Source of the DNA: Candidatus Saccharimonadota bacterium
GTDB lineage: Bacteria; Patescibacteriota; Microgenomatia; UBA1406; GWC2-37-13
Reading direction: 5' to 3'
Length of the DNA: 32,000 nucleotides
Assembly (NCBI GenBank): GCA_001790095.1
Contig: MGBH01000001.1
Span: forward strand, 780,001-812,000
The translations under genes and the position numbers were made by a program. This document shows, piece by piece, positions 1 to 8,178 of the stretch. The notes under the pieces were generated by a model. That model worked only from the letters and a program-made list of their open reading frames with translations, had not been told where the DNA came from and did not search any database. Each line of letters starts with the position of its first letter. The first letter of the stretch is position 1.

Positions 1-2123
1 AAACACCCATTGAGTCAGCGACCCAGATATTTGCATCGGTTCTTCCTTATCCTTTCCTTCCCCTATTAAAACGTACCTTGTTTGTCCATCCCAAGACCTA
101 TGCGTTTGAGATCTATCTTATCAATCAGCTTGTTTATTTTTACGTAACTACACCCGCAGTAAGTGAAACTTTGATCCAAAGTCTTGTAACATCCTCTTTT
201 CCCTCTTCAAAAATCACAAAAACGACTGACCCCATGGAAATTATCTTTAAATCAAAACATCTTTCAGTCGGCGAGGTAATCTTAAATTCATATTCATACC
301 TACCTATTAAAACTTACTTTGATTTTAAAGACGTTGATCCTTTATCAGCTCTGGTGGGATTTTTGTCCAAACAACCTCCTCATCTCAAAATGGCAGTGCA
401 GATCGTCGTCACACCCCCCTATTTTGCATGGCAAGACCGGGCAGTAAAAGCTGCAGGGCTTCAGGTATATGATGAAAACGCCTTGAAATATACGATGAAT
501 CCACAGAAGATGGTCATCATGAAAAAAGCCACATTTCAAGGGGGTAAAGTAGGTATCCGTCTTTTGGCTGGCACAAATACACCTCATTTTGATCCTATGC
601 CCTATGTGTCAAATCTTGCTGGTACATTTGGAAGTTTTTCGCTTGGTGAAGGTAATCAGTTTGTATTCAAACGCCCCATTTTTTTCAAAGATTGGCTTCT
701 CAAACGCGTAAAAGAAAGGTCTCTGTCTTACTTTGAACACAAAAATCAAATCCTAAACTCTCAAGAGCTAGCCACACTCTGGCATCCGCCAGGAATACTT
801 CTTGCTGGTATTAAAAATATTTCATGGGGTAAAACATTGATTGGAGAACCGCCAGAAAATCTGCCTGTTGCAGACCGTGCAACTGATGAAGAAAAAAAGT
901 CCATTAACTTCTTTGCCAAGACTGAGTTTCGTAATAAAGATACTATCTTTGGTATCAAAGATGCAGATCGTCGCAAACATGTATATATCATCGGGAAAAC
1001 AGGAGCGGGTAAATCTACTCTCATCGCCAATATGGCGATAGATGATATCAGGAAAGGTCGAGGTATTGGTATTGTTGATCCGCACGGTGATCTTTGTGAG
1101 ACCATACTTGACTTTATACCTAAACGTCGTCTTAACGATGTAGTATACCTTGAACCCTTTGATCTGGAACGGCCCTTTTCCCTCAATGTTCTTGAGATCA
1201 AAAATAAACAGCATAAAGACCTTATCTCATCAGGTATCGTATCTATTTTCAGCAAACTCTATAAAGACAGCTGGGGTCCACGACTTGAATATATCCTACG
1301 CAACGTCATCCTTACGCTTCTTGAGACACCGGGAAGTTCACTTCCTGATGTCTTATCTCTTTTAGCTCATGCTGATTATCGAAAAAAGGTGGTATCTGCA
1401 CTTACAGATCCTGTCCTTAAAAGTTTCTGGGAAAAAGAATTCGCCAAGATGCCCGACCGTTTGAAAGCCGAGGCTATCTCCCCTATCCAAAACAAAGTCG
1501 GACAGTTTGTAACCTCACGCATGATACGCAATATCGTTGGTAAACCAAAGTCATCCATAAATCTTGAAGAGATCATGAACTCAGGTAAAATCCTGCTGTT
1601 GAATCTGTCACAGGGCAAGCTTGGAGAAGATAATGCGGCTTTGCTTGGAGCTATGCTCATAACCCAAATACAGCTTGCTGCCATGAATAGAAGTTTCATG
1701 AAAGAGGAAGAACGTAAAGACTTTTTTCTTTATGTAGATGAGTTCCAGAATTTTGCAACAACATCATTTATCAAAATTTTGTCTGAAGCTCGCAAATACC
1801 GGCTTGCTCTTACTCTAACTAACCAGTATATCGAACAGCTTGAAGAAGATATCGAACGCGCAATATTTGGTAATGTAGGCACCCTTATTTCTTTTGTCGT
1901 TGGCGCCAGAGATGCGTATGCACTTTCTAAAGAATTCGGGGAGCTATATGAAGAAAGCGATTTGGTAGCACTTGGCAAATTTGAAACCGTCATGAAACTA
2001 TCAATTGACAATATGACAAGTGCTCCTTTTCCTGCCATCACTCTTCCCTTACCAGCGCTTCAAAACAATAATCGTGAAGCAATTATCCGCCTGTCAAAAG
2101 AAAAATACGGACGTAAAGTATAA
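1..2123 (+). CDS. Type IV secretion coupling-protein-like (TraD/VirD4/TraG-type) P-loop ATPase, 5' partial
   Basis: The frame is open from the window edge: codons from nt 3 have no stop before the track's TTG at 78. Walker A GKTGAGKST at nt 993-1019. Walker B-like FFLYVDEFQNF with D-E at 1737-1742. The downstream ARKYRLALTLTNQYIEQL block is typical of this ATPase class. Confidence 0.75.
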   Translation, partial: TPIESATQIFASVLPYPFLPLLKRTLFVHPKTYAFEIYLINQLVYFYVTTPAVSETLIQSLVTSSFPSSKITKTTDPMEIIFKSKHLSVGEVILNSYSYLPIKTYFDFKDVDPLSALVGFLSKQPPHLKMAVQIVVTPPYFAWQDRAVKAAGLQVYDENALKYTMNPQKMVIMKKATFQGGKVGIRLLAGTNTPHFDPMPYVSNLAGTFGSFSLGEGNQFVFKRPIFFKDWLLKRVKERSLSYFEHKNQILNSQELATLWHPPGILLAGIKNISWGKTLIGEPPENLPVADRATDEEKKSINFFAKTEFRNKDTIFGIKDADRRKHVYIIGKTGAGKSTLIANMAIDDIRKGRGIGIVDPHGDLCETILDFIPKRRLNDVVYLEPFDLERPFSLNVLEIKNKQHKDLISSGIVSIFSKLYKDSWGPRLEYILRNVILTLLETPGSSLPDVLSLLAHADYRKKVVSALTDPVLKSFWEKEFAKMPDRLKAEAISPIQNKVGQFVTSRMIRNIVGKPKSSINLEEIMNSGKILLLNLSQGKLGEDNAALLGAMLITQIQLAAMNRSFMKEEERKDFFLYVDEFQNFATTSFIKILSEARKYRLALTLTNQYIEQLEEDIERAIFGNVGTLISFVVGARDAYALSKEFGELYEESDLVALGKFETVMKLSIDNMTSAPFPAITLPLPALQNNNREAIIRLSKEKYGRKV

Positions 2124-2125
2124 AC

Positions 2126-2554
2126 TTATTTCTTTTTCCCTTCCAGTTTCTTCCACTCTTTAAGAAGCGCTTCTTTTAATTTTTCCATTTCTTTTCCTTC
2201 TTTTTTCGCTTCTTTTTTGATTATGTCAACTGTCTCCTTTACAACAGTTTCATATTTTTCTCGATCAATATGTTCAATAGTCTCTTTAAGTTCAGATAGT
2301 CTTTTTATGAGTTCTTTTTTTGTTTTAAGATAAAGGTCTCTTGCTTCCTCAGTCACTTCACCAAATATTTCCTTAACTTTTTTATCAATATGTTCTTCTT
2401 CAAGCATTTTTTCAAGCTCCTTTATCTTTTTTGCAAGAAGCTTACGGTTCTCCTCTCCAGAGGTTGGAGATAAAAATAAAGCAGTAAGACCTCCCAATAA
2501 GGTGCCAATAAAAAGCCCTATGCCGAATTTCGATGATTTTTGATCTGTAGCCAT
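2126..2554 (-). CDS. YtxH-domain protein (Gly-rich N-terminal membrane helix plus K/E-rich coiled coil)
   Basis: GLFIGTLLGGLTALFLSPTSGEENRKLL matches the YtxH signature and is followed by a charged helical tail. The track's TTG start at 2617 sits inside a TTGACA word, so the ATG at 2554 (MATDQKSS) is preferred. Confidence 0.6.
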   Translation of the reverse strand: MATDQKSSKFGIGLFIGTLLGGLTALFLSPTSGEENRKLLAKKIKELEKMLEEEHIDKKVKEIFGEVTEEARDLYLKTKKELIKRLSELKETIEHIDREKYETVVKETVDIIKKEAKKEGKEMEKLKEALLKEWKKLEGKKK

Positions 2555-2702
2555 AAGTATTAGATAAAATGGTAATACTATAAATATACCATGAAATAAA
2601 CCTTTAATAAATGTCAAATTTCAAATTGCAAATATACATGTTAAATATCAAATATTTGAGCTTTACTATGTAGATTTGACATTTGACTTTTTACATTTGA
2701 TA

Positions 2703-3512
2703 TTACGTCGGTGTTGGAGATGGAGTTGAGGTCGGAGTAGAGGTTGGAGTTGAGATCGGAGTAGAGGTTGGAGTTGAGGTGGGGGCAGTTGTTGCGGTTG
2801 GAGCCGGCGTATTGGTTGGAGCAATCTGTGTACAGGTGGATAGAGTTACTTTTCCCACACAACCTGAACGCATCCAGTCTTGTGAACTACATGTCTTGCC
2901 TATTTTTTGACATATTTTTATACAATCAGTTTCTCCGCATACATATGCAGCAAGTGTAGGTAAGATGTAGGGCGTTGATGTTGGAGCCGGAGGCTTTACT
3001 ACCAGGGATGATGTTGGTCTAACAATCGGAACATTGCTTGCAACCGAAGGTGTTGGAAGTGTTGAGGCCAGAGTCGGGCTTATGGTTGGCGATAAAGCTT
3101 CGCTTCCTTTACTTTTTGTAGTAAAAGTCCATGGCACTCCTCCATTATCATATTTTTGATCACCAATACGGATCTGAAAATAATACGTTGAGTTTGGCGA
3201 AAGCAAGGTAAGATCTACGTTGTGTTTCTTTCCTTTTTGCGACTCAGGAGCAAAAAAATTCAAAGCGGTTGGAGACGTGCCATACTCTATCACTCCTTGA
3301 GTCTCCTGATCTGTGCTCCAGCCAATTTTGGCTGTATTTTGCGCGATTGAAGTGATCACAACCTCCCTTGGAGCGCTATCTGAAGCTTTGGTGAATACGC
3401 CCTGAACCAATCTAAAACCGATGAAAAGCAGTACCAACGCCAAAAGACCTCCAATGGATAGAGAAAGTATTTTAGGAAGTTTGGTTTTATCAAGCTTCAT
3501 TGCGAATTTCAT
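2703..3512 (-). CDS. Membrane-anchored fibronectin type III-like protein with Cys-rich segment and Thr/Ser/Pro repeat tail
   Basis: N-terminal TM segment LSLSIGGLLALVLLFIGF. FN3-like segment AKIGWSTDQETQGVIEYGTS...YYFQIRIG. C-terminal TPTSTPISTPTSTPTSTP repeat. Its ATG overlaps the upstream stop as ATGA. Confidence 0.6.
   Translation of the reverse strand: MKFAMKLDKTKLPKILSLSIGGLLALVLLFIGFRLVQGVFTKASDSAPREVVITSIAQNTAKIGWSTDQETQGVIEYGTSPTALNFFAPESQKGKKHNVDLTLLSPNSTYYFQIRIGDQKYDNGGVPWTFTTKSKGSEALSPTISPTLASTLPTPSVASNVPIVRPTSSLVVKPPAPTSTPYILPTLAAYVCGETDCIKICQKIGKTCSSQDWMRSGCVGKVTLSTCTQIAPTNTPAPTATTAPTSTPTSTPISTPTSTPTSTPSPTPT
2722..2785 (-). repeat. 24-bp in-frame tandem repeat encoding the TSTPTSTP tail
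   Basis: The unit ggagttgag(g/a)tcggagtagaggtt occurs at 2722-2745 and 2746-2769, with a partial copy at 2770-2785. Confidence 0.85.
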
Positions 3513-4183
3513 AATACCAATCGCAACATCAGACCCACCATTAATAATATAAGTCCTGGCGCAGCAAATTTAGACATATTTTCAACAATTCCGCTTTGTG
3601 GTAAAGATGCGGGGGAGGTGGGATTTGCGGGAGGAGTATATCCGGGAGATGAAGATGAAGCTCCTCCACCTACTCCTATATTGACGGCAAGTGAGGCATT
3701 CTTCGAACATTCAATGATATTGGTTGCGTTGACATCGTTTTTTATGATCTTTGAGGAGTTGCTAACATCGGTTCGACAGTCATAACTCAATGTAGTTGTA
3801 CCTGTTTTAAGTGCTTTAAACGTTACGGTCCCTATGACACCTGACCCTGTCTTATATGTCCCAGGGTCAACGATAAGACCGGTGATTGAGACTTTACCTG
3901 AGGTAATATTGTTGGTAACAGCTGGGAAAAAGCTTCCATTTGCAACCGTTTGCGCCTCTAAAAATGCGGGGTCATACACAAGCCAAATATCTGATGAGGT
4001 TATCTGGTCTGTCCCTGCATCAACGACTACATCTGCAGTAAAGGTCTCATTGGGCAAAGGGGAAGCTGTCGTCTTGTCAAAATTAAGATAAGCAGCATCA
4101 ACGTATGAAAAAAGGAAAGGAATAAGGAAAAAGAAAGTAAGAAGGCTCATTAGAAGTGATTTTTTCATTAGTTCATTATTCAT
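3509..4183 (-). CDS. Secreted cohesin-domain protein with C-terminal LPxSG-like sorting signal
   Basis: Signal peptide MKKSLLMSLLTFFFLIPFLFSYVDA. Cohesin-like beta-sandwich sequence (FTADVVVDAGTDQITSSDIWLVYDP...GVIGTVTFKALKTGTTTLSY). C-terminus LPQSG plus hydrophobic stretch plus R. Confidence 0.6.
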   Translation of the reverse strand: MNNELMKKSLLMSLLTFFFLIPFLFSYVDAAYLNFDKTTASPLPNETFTADVVVDAGTDQITSSDIWLVYDPAFLEAQTVANGSFFPAVTNNITSGKVSITGLIVDPGTYKTGSGVIGTVTFKALKTGTTTLSYDCRTDVSNSSKIIKNDVNATNIIECSKNASLAVNIGVGGGASSSSPGYTPPANPTSPASLPQSGIVENMSKFAAPGLILLMVGLMLRLVL

Positions 4184-4186
4184 TAT

Positions 4187-4834
4187 TTACTCATAAATTT
4201 CAAGCTGTAGTTTACCTGTGGTTGGATATGTCACTTGGGCTTTGTCATCAACTAATTTACTAGTCTCTTTACCTTGTGGAGTAAGTGTAAATACATACGT
4301 CCCTGGTTGCTTTGCTTGAAACTCAACTTCGATTAAAACCGTGTCCTCCCATGTGGTTGTGGAGTTATTTTGTAACGATTTGACTCCTGATACAGATAGA
4401 TGGGTTGGCCTGTTAAAAGGATATATTTTAAACTCAGGAAGCATAGATGTAGCTTTGATAAACTCAAACCCCTGCTTTTCATAACCGATTACTCCATCAT
4501 ACCCAACAATAGATTTTCCCTGAGATATTGCAGACAATATCAATGTAAATTGAGTATTCTTCTTATATCTTTTTTCATTATCCTTTGTGGAGAGTCTCAT
4601 AGAGCCTAAGGTGGGATAAGGAATCAAGGTTGGAGTGATAGATGGAAAAAGTACTGGAGAAACCATTATGTCTGCTTGCTTCTGGATGGAATTTTTTTTC
4701 CGCACACCAGACCACACCATTATGCCCGCAAGCACTATGAGTATTATGAAAAGAAAGATAATAACAACTTTGTTTTTACTTTTCTTTGGGGACTCTATTG
4801 TTGTTTGAGGAAGGGGGGTATAATGCTGTTCCAT
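4187..4834 (-). CDS. N-terminally anchored cohesin-like beta-sandwich protein (hypothetical)
   Basis: TM segment VVIIFLFIILIVLAGIMVWSGV. The C-terminal region resembles the neighbouring cohesin-like modules (FTLILSAISQGKSIVGYDGVIGYEK...IEVEFQAKQPGTYVFTL). The ATG at 4834 is preceded by GAGGAG-N7. The alternative ATG at 4852 overlaps the upstream gene by 14 nt. Confidence 0.45.
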   Translation of the reverse strand: MEQHYTPLPQTTIESPKKSKNKVVIIFLFIILIVLAGIMVWSGVRKKNSIQKQADIMVSPVLFPSITPTLIPYPTLGSMRLSTKDNEKRYKKNTQFTLILSAISQGKSIVGYDGVIGYEKQGFEFIKATSMLPEFKIYPFNRPTHLSVSGVKSLQNNSTTTWEDTVLIEVEFQAKQPGTYVFTLTPQGKETSKLVDDKAQVTYPTTGKLQLEIYE

Positions 4835-4838
4835 AGTA

Positions 4839-6578
4839 TTACTCCTCATCATATTTAATTGATAATGAAGCTAGAACTAGTGAGAAATCTTGACTGTCAA
4901 TAACACCATCATAGTTTAAATCCCCAATCTGAAGCTCTGATGAATTAGTGCTTTGTAAATGTGTACGAATATACCCCGTATCATATGCGTCAATGATGCC
5001 GTTTTGCGCGCCATTTTCAGGAAGGTCTCCAACCAATAGCAATATCTTGGAAAAGTCAACCGAGTTGTCACCTGCCTTAATAGTGATCTTTCCATCACCG
5101 CAATGATAGGTACCCCCTGCCGCCTCAGATGCTGCGGCATCACAGATTTTTTTCTGTAGATGTTTGGGACCCTTGACATACACAACATACCCATCTCCTG
5201 GCGGTACTGAAAAATCTGCGGTTCCCGACCACACTCCATCCGCCCCAACAGTAAATTTAGCTGTCTGATAGGCTGTAGATGATGATAACAACCTACCTCC
5301 TAGCTTTACTTTTACGTCAATTGAATCAGACGTCCGTGGTTTGGCTGTAACTCCCTGGAGCTTGATTTTCATAACCAGTTTAACTGCGGTTGCACCAGGA
5401 ATCGAACTAGAAGATCCTCCTCCACCACCACCTCCTCCAGGCGGAGGACCAGGTGGAACTTTTGTATTGATTGCCATACCATAATAGTATCCCAGTTTAT
5501 TACTTGCATCTCCCCAGGCATTGGGTTGATCAAGTGATATTGAGGTAACTGCTGTTTGAATATTTTTAAACTCCCCATTGAGTACATATTCCTTTCCGCC
5601 TCCTGCAAAACTGACCCAGTCAACGTAAAGTTCACTCCCTTCCCCAGCAACGACTCGCACACGATAGTCCTTGTTGTTACCATCAGCCGGGATCACAATG
5701 GGAATTGATTTTGTCTCAAAATCAGGATTCTGAGGAAGTGGGATTATACCTAGGGAATCGTTCTCTTTTTTACCTCCACCGCAGTCAGGATTGGCACAGA
5801 GTAAGTCTACAAACGCTCCATTACCTTTAGAAATTACAGTATATGCACGTACAGACAGCGTATAGCTACCGCTTGGTACTCTCATTTTTTGAATAAAGTG
5901 GGCGGCCGTTGATAATACGCTATACGGACTGAGTACTTTTGTATAATCTGTTCCGGCACAACAAGCCATCTTAGTACCGGATGATACCACACATGCAGCG
6001 TCAGTATAGGTCCCGGGATTATATCCTGCCCTGCAGGCAAAGATCGTCTCACCATTGACATAGGTCCGTTGAGTACAGTTTGTCAAACCTCCACCGCTCA
6101 CACTTAGACAATCAAGATCAGCTCCATAACCGCATTTTACCAATACATCAGCTCCGGGCATAACCACATATGGCTCAATCCCTCCTGTCTTAAATTGATA
6201 CTGATTACAGGTTGGGGTAGGTATGGGGGTTGAAGATGGTTTTGTTCCACCGCCTCCACCACCATCATCGTCATCATCTTCATCACCTATACATAAATAA
6301 CATTTATCTCCAGAGACATCAGGACAAGAACCCCCGTCAATTGGAACACAAACTCCGCCCTCCATTTTACATGATCCCTTACTACCATTTGTACAAACAG
6401 CGCTTGGGCAACCATTACCCTGGACACAAGTTACCCCATCAAGTCCTACCCTCCATGGATCTTCACATTCATTAGCTCCACAAGGTACAGGATCAGCGGC
6501 AAATACATTATGTTCTTTATATACAGGAAGAAGAGCAAAAACAATTAGACTTATTATGCATAATATGAGTTTCTTCAT
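4839..6578 (-). CDS. Secreted Cys-rich protein with CBM-like beta-sandwich and C-terminal dockerin
   Basis: Signal peptide MKKLILCIISLIVFALLPV at the ATG at 6578; the track's upstream extension to 6671 overlaps the previous gene. C-terminal duplicated dockerin segments GDLPENGAQNGIIDAYDTGYI and GDLNYDGVIDSQDFSLVLASL. Poly-D/G and poly-G/S runs are present. Confidence 0.65.
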   Translation of the reverse strand: MKKLILCIISLIVFALLPVYKEHNVFAADPVPCGANECEDPWRVGLDGVTCVQGNGCPSAVCTNGSKGSCKMEGGVCVPIDGGSCPDVSGDKCYLCIGDEDDDDDGGGGGGTKPSSTPIPTPTCNQYQFKTGGIEPYVVMPGADVLVKCGYGADLDCLSVSGGGLTNCTQRTYVNGETIFACRAGYNPGTYTDAACVVSSGTKMACCAGTDYTKVLSPYSVLSTAAHFIQKMRVPSGSYTLSVRAYTVISKGNGAFVDLLCANPDCGGGKKENDSLGIIPLPQNPDFETKSIPIVIPADGNNKDYRVRVVAGEGSELYVDWVSFAGGGKEYVLNGEFKNIQTAVTSISLDQPNAWGDASNKLGYYYGMAINTKVPPGPPPGGGGGGGGSSSSIPGATAVKLVMKIKLQGVTAKPRTSDSIDVKVKLGGRLLSSSTAYQTAKFTVGADGVWSGTADFSVPPGDGYVVYVKGPKHLQKKICDAAASEAAGGTYHCGDGKITIKAGDNSVDFSKILLLVGDLPENGAQNGIIDAYDTGYIRTHLQSTNSSELQIGDLNYDGVIDSQDFSLVLASLSIKYDEE

Positions 6579-8173
6579 TGTCTTGATGAACTGTTTATAT
6601 ATAATGCCCCGTCTTTTCCTTTTGTCGTATCGATCGTACCATAGATAGACCCCGCCATATCCATCTCCCAATAGTCAGGATATTTGCGTGGACTGCTTAT
6701 CTTAGAAACCGTATTAAAATGATAGTCCTGCAATTTTTCACCACCCCATATGTCAGTAAGTGACACGTAGTCAAAATCAGCTTCTGATCCATCTTCAACA
6801 AATATGCGTACTACATATTTCTTTTTGTCGCCGGCATCGCTAATATGTATGGTTACTTCCTGACGCTGAAATGTGGTGGAAAGGGGGAAATGAGGAGTTT
6901 GACCAATAACATCGTTGAGTTTTTTACCATCTCCGCAATCGCTTTCTCCACAGGCTAAAACAACCAGAACTTCTCTACCACGGCTGGTATAAGTAAGTGC
7001 TCCCCCGGACAAAACATAGTCACCTTTTTCCAGATTAACAACCTGTTCATATCTGGTTGGAGCCTGATCAAAGGTGGTTGAATTGATGTGTAATATGTCG
7101 CCATTGCTTTCGATCTGTTCTCCAGGAATCACGCTGCTACTACTTCCCCCAGAACTCGTGCTTGAAGAAGAACTTGTTGTACCAACCGTTACCGTATAAG
7201 AATTTACAGTCGTTAAAATATTTTGCGGGCTGTCGTTAAAAGTATAGACAGTACAATTATCTTTTATGTATGCTAAATTTGCTGTGCCATCTACAGAGGC
7301 CGTAAACTTAACTGTTGCCACTTTTAGATTCCCTGATATAGCTGTTTTTCTGGCTGCATTGATGACGACTGTACCGGTGGTACTTGGTACAACCGGCGGA
7401 GTCACTCCATTTATAGCTGTTGAATCAAATGTGTTGGTATTAATAGTGGTTGATTTATGGGCTAAAATATTTGCCGGGTATGAAAAATATACACCCGTTG
7501 ATGATATCTGTTGATTGTTCGTATCAACCATTATGTCTATACTCACCTCTTCTCCAACCGAATATGTCTGTTTTGAAGATGCAAATGATAAAGAAACTCC
7601 CCCCCCGCTTGAATCGCTTGATGAAGATGAACTTGATGAGTTGTCATTTATGGTAAGTGGTACTTTGACAAAATTTGTCACCTGAAGTGTGACTGCTCCC
7701 CATGAAAACGTCAAGGGAAACGTCGAGCCTGATTTCATTTTAAATGCAATATCGGCAATAAGTTGATTGGCGGGAGTAAAAGGTGAACCTGTCTTTGTGC
7801 CAACTATATGTATAGTATCCGTACCTACAAGCGTAACAGACTGCTTTAGTACATCAGGAGCGAGCGTAACATTTGCATCGACTCCACCTGTGTTTTTTAA
7901 CTCAAGTTTTGAAGCATCGAATTTTGCCTCTATGTCAAAAGAGTATAGTTCGGTCGCAACACTGTTTGGATTTATCTTGACTGCTATCTTAATTCCGTTA
8001 TCGCCTTGCATGGGAGGATTATCAACCGTTGCAAACAATAACTCAGGTGTACCAAGGGGTGCTGCTTTTGAACGTTTACGCAGCTGTTGATAAAACACGA
8101 CAAATCCAACCACTGAAAAGACAACAAGAAGTAGTGCAATAAATGCAATTCTTAATTTTTTTATCTTGGTCAT
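6575..8173 (-). CDS. Membrane-anchored protein with two cohesin-like modules and a C-terminal CBM-like domain
   Basis: TM segment IAFIALLLVVFSVVGFVVF. Two cohesin-like modules separated by poly-Ser linkers. The C-terminal domain is paralogous to the one in 4839-6578 (LACGESDCGDGKKLNDVIG...YVVRIFVEDGSEADFDYVS). Confidence 0.6.
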   Translation of the reverse strand: MTKIKKLRIAFIALLLVVFSVVGFVVFYQQLRKRSKAAPLGTPELLFATVDNPPMQGDNGIKIAVKINPNSVATELYSFDIEAKFDASKLELKNTGGVDANVTLAPDVLKQSVTLVGTDTIHIVGTKTGSPFTPANQLIADIAFKMKSGSTFPLTFSWGAVTLQVTNFVKVPLTINDNSSSSSSSSDSSGGGVSLSFASSKQTYSVGEEVSIDIMVDTNNQQISSTGVYFSYPANILAHKSTTINTNTFDSTAINGVTPPVVPSTTGTVVINAARKTAISGNLKVATVKFTASVDGTANLAYIKDNCTVYTFNDSPQNILTTVNSYTVTVGTTSSSSSTSSGGSSSSVIPGEQIESNGDILHINSTTFDQAPTRYEQVVNLEKGDYVLSGGALTYTSRGREVLVVLACGESDCGDGKKLNDVIGQTPHFPLSTTFQRQEVTIHISDAGDKKKYVVRIFVEDGSEADFDYVSLTDIWGGEKLQDYHFNTVSKISSPRKYPDYWEMDMAGSIYGTIDTTKGKDGALYINSSSRQ

Positions 8174-8178
8174 ATTAG

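Noticed and set aside
345-2041. Track ORFs antisense or out of frame within the ATPase gene (345-587, 761-1255, 822-1214, 841-1041, 1150-1365, 1376-1699, 1730-2041)
   Set aside because: All are nested in a long motif-bearing ORF, have low-complexity or odd composition, and carry no recognisable motifs. They are shadow ORFs.
2555-2617. TTG start codons proposed by the track at 2617, 11789 and 22413
   Set aside because: Each TTG is the first triplet of a TTGACA or TTGATA hexamer. At 11789 and 22413 it sits 17 nt upstream of a -10-like box, so downstream ATGs are preferred. The 2617 case is less certain because no good -10 box follows.
2641-2862. The 73-aa ORF with LNSNLYSDLNSNLYSDLNS repeats
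   Set aside because: It is an alternative frame of the 24-bp Thr/Pro repeat and of the intergenic word array. It overlaps the FN3 gene end.
6579-6671. N-terminal extension (MGDGYGGVYLWYDRYDKRKRRG...) of the dockerin protein
   Set aside because: It overlaps the 3' end of the upstream gene by about 97 nt. A canonical signal peptide begins at the ATG at 6578.
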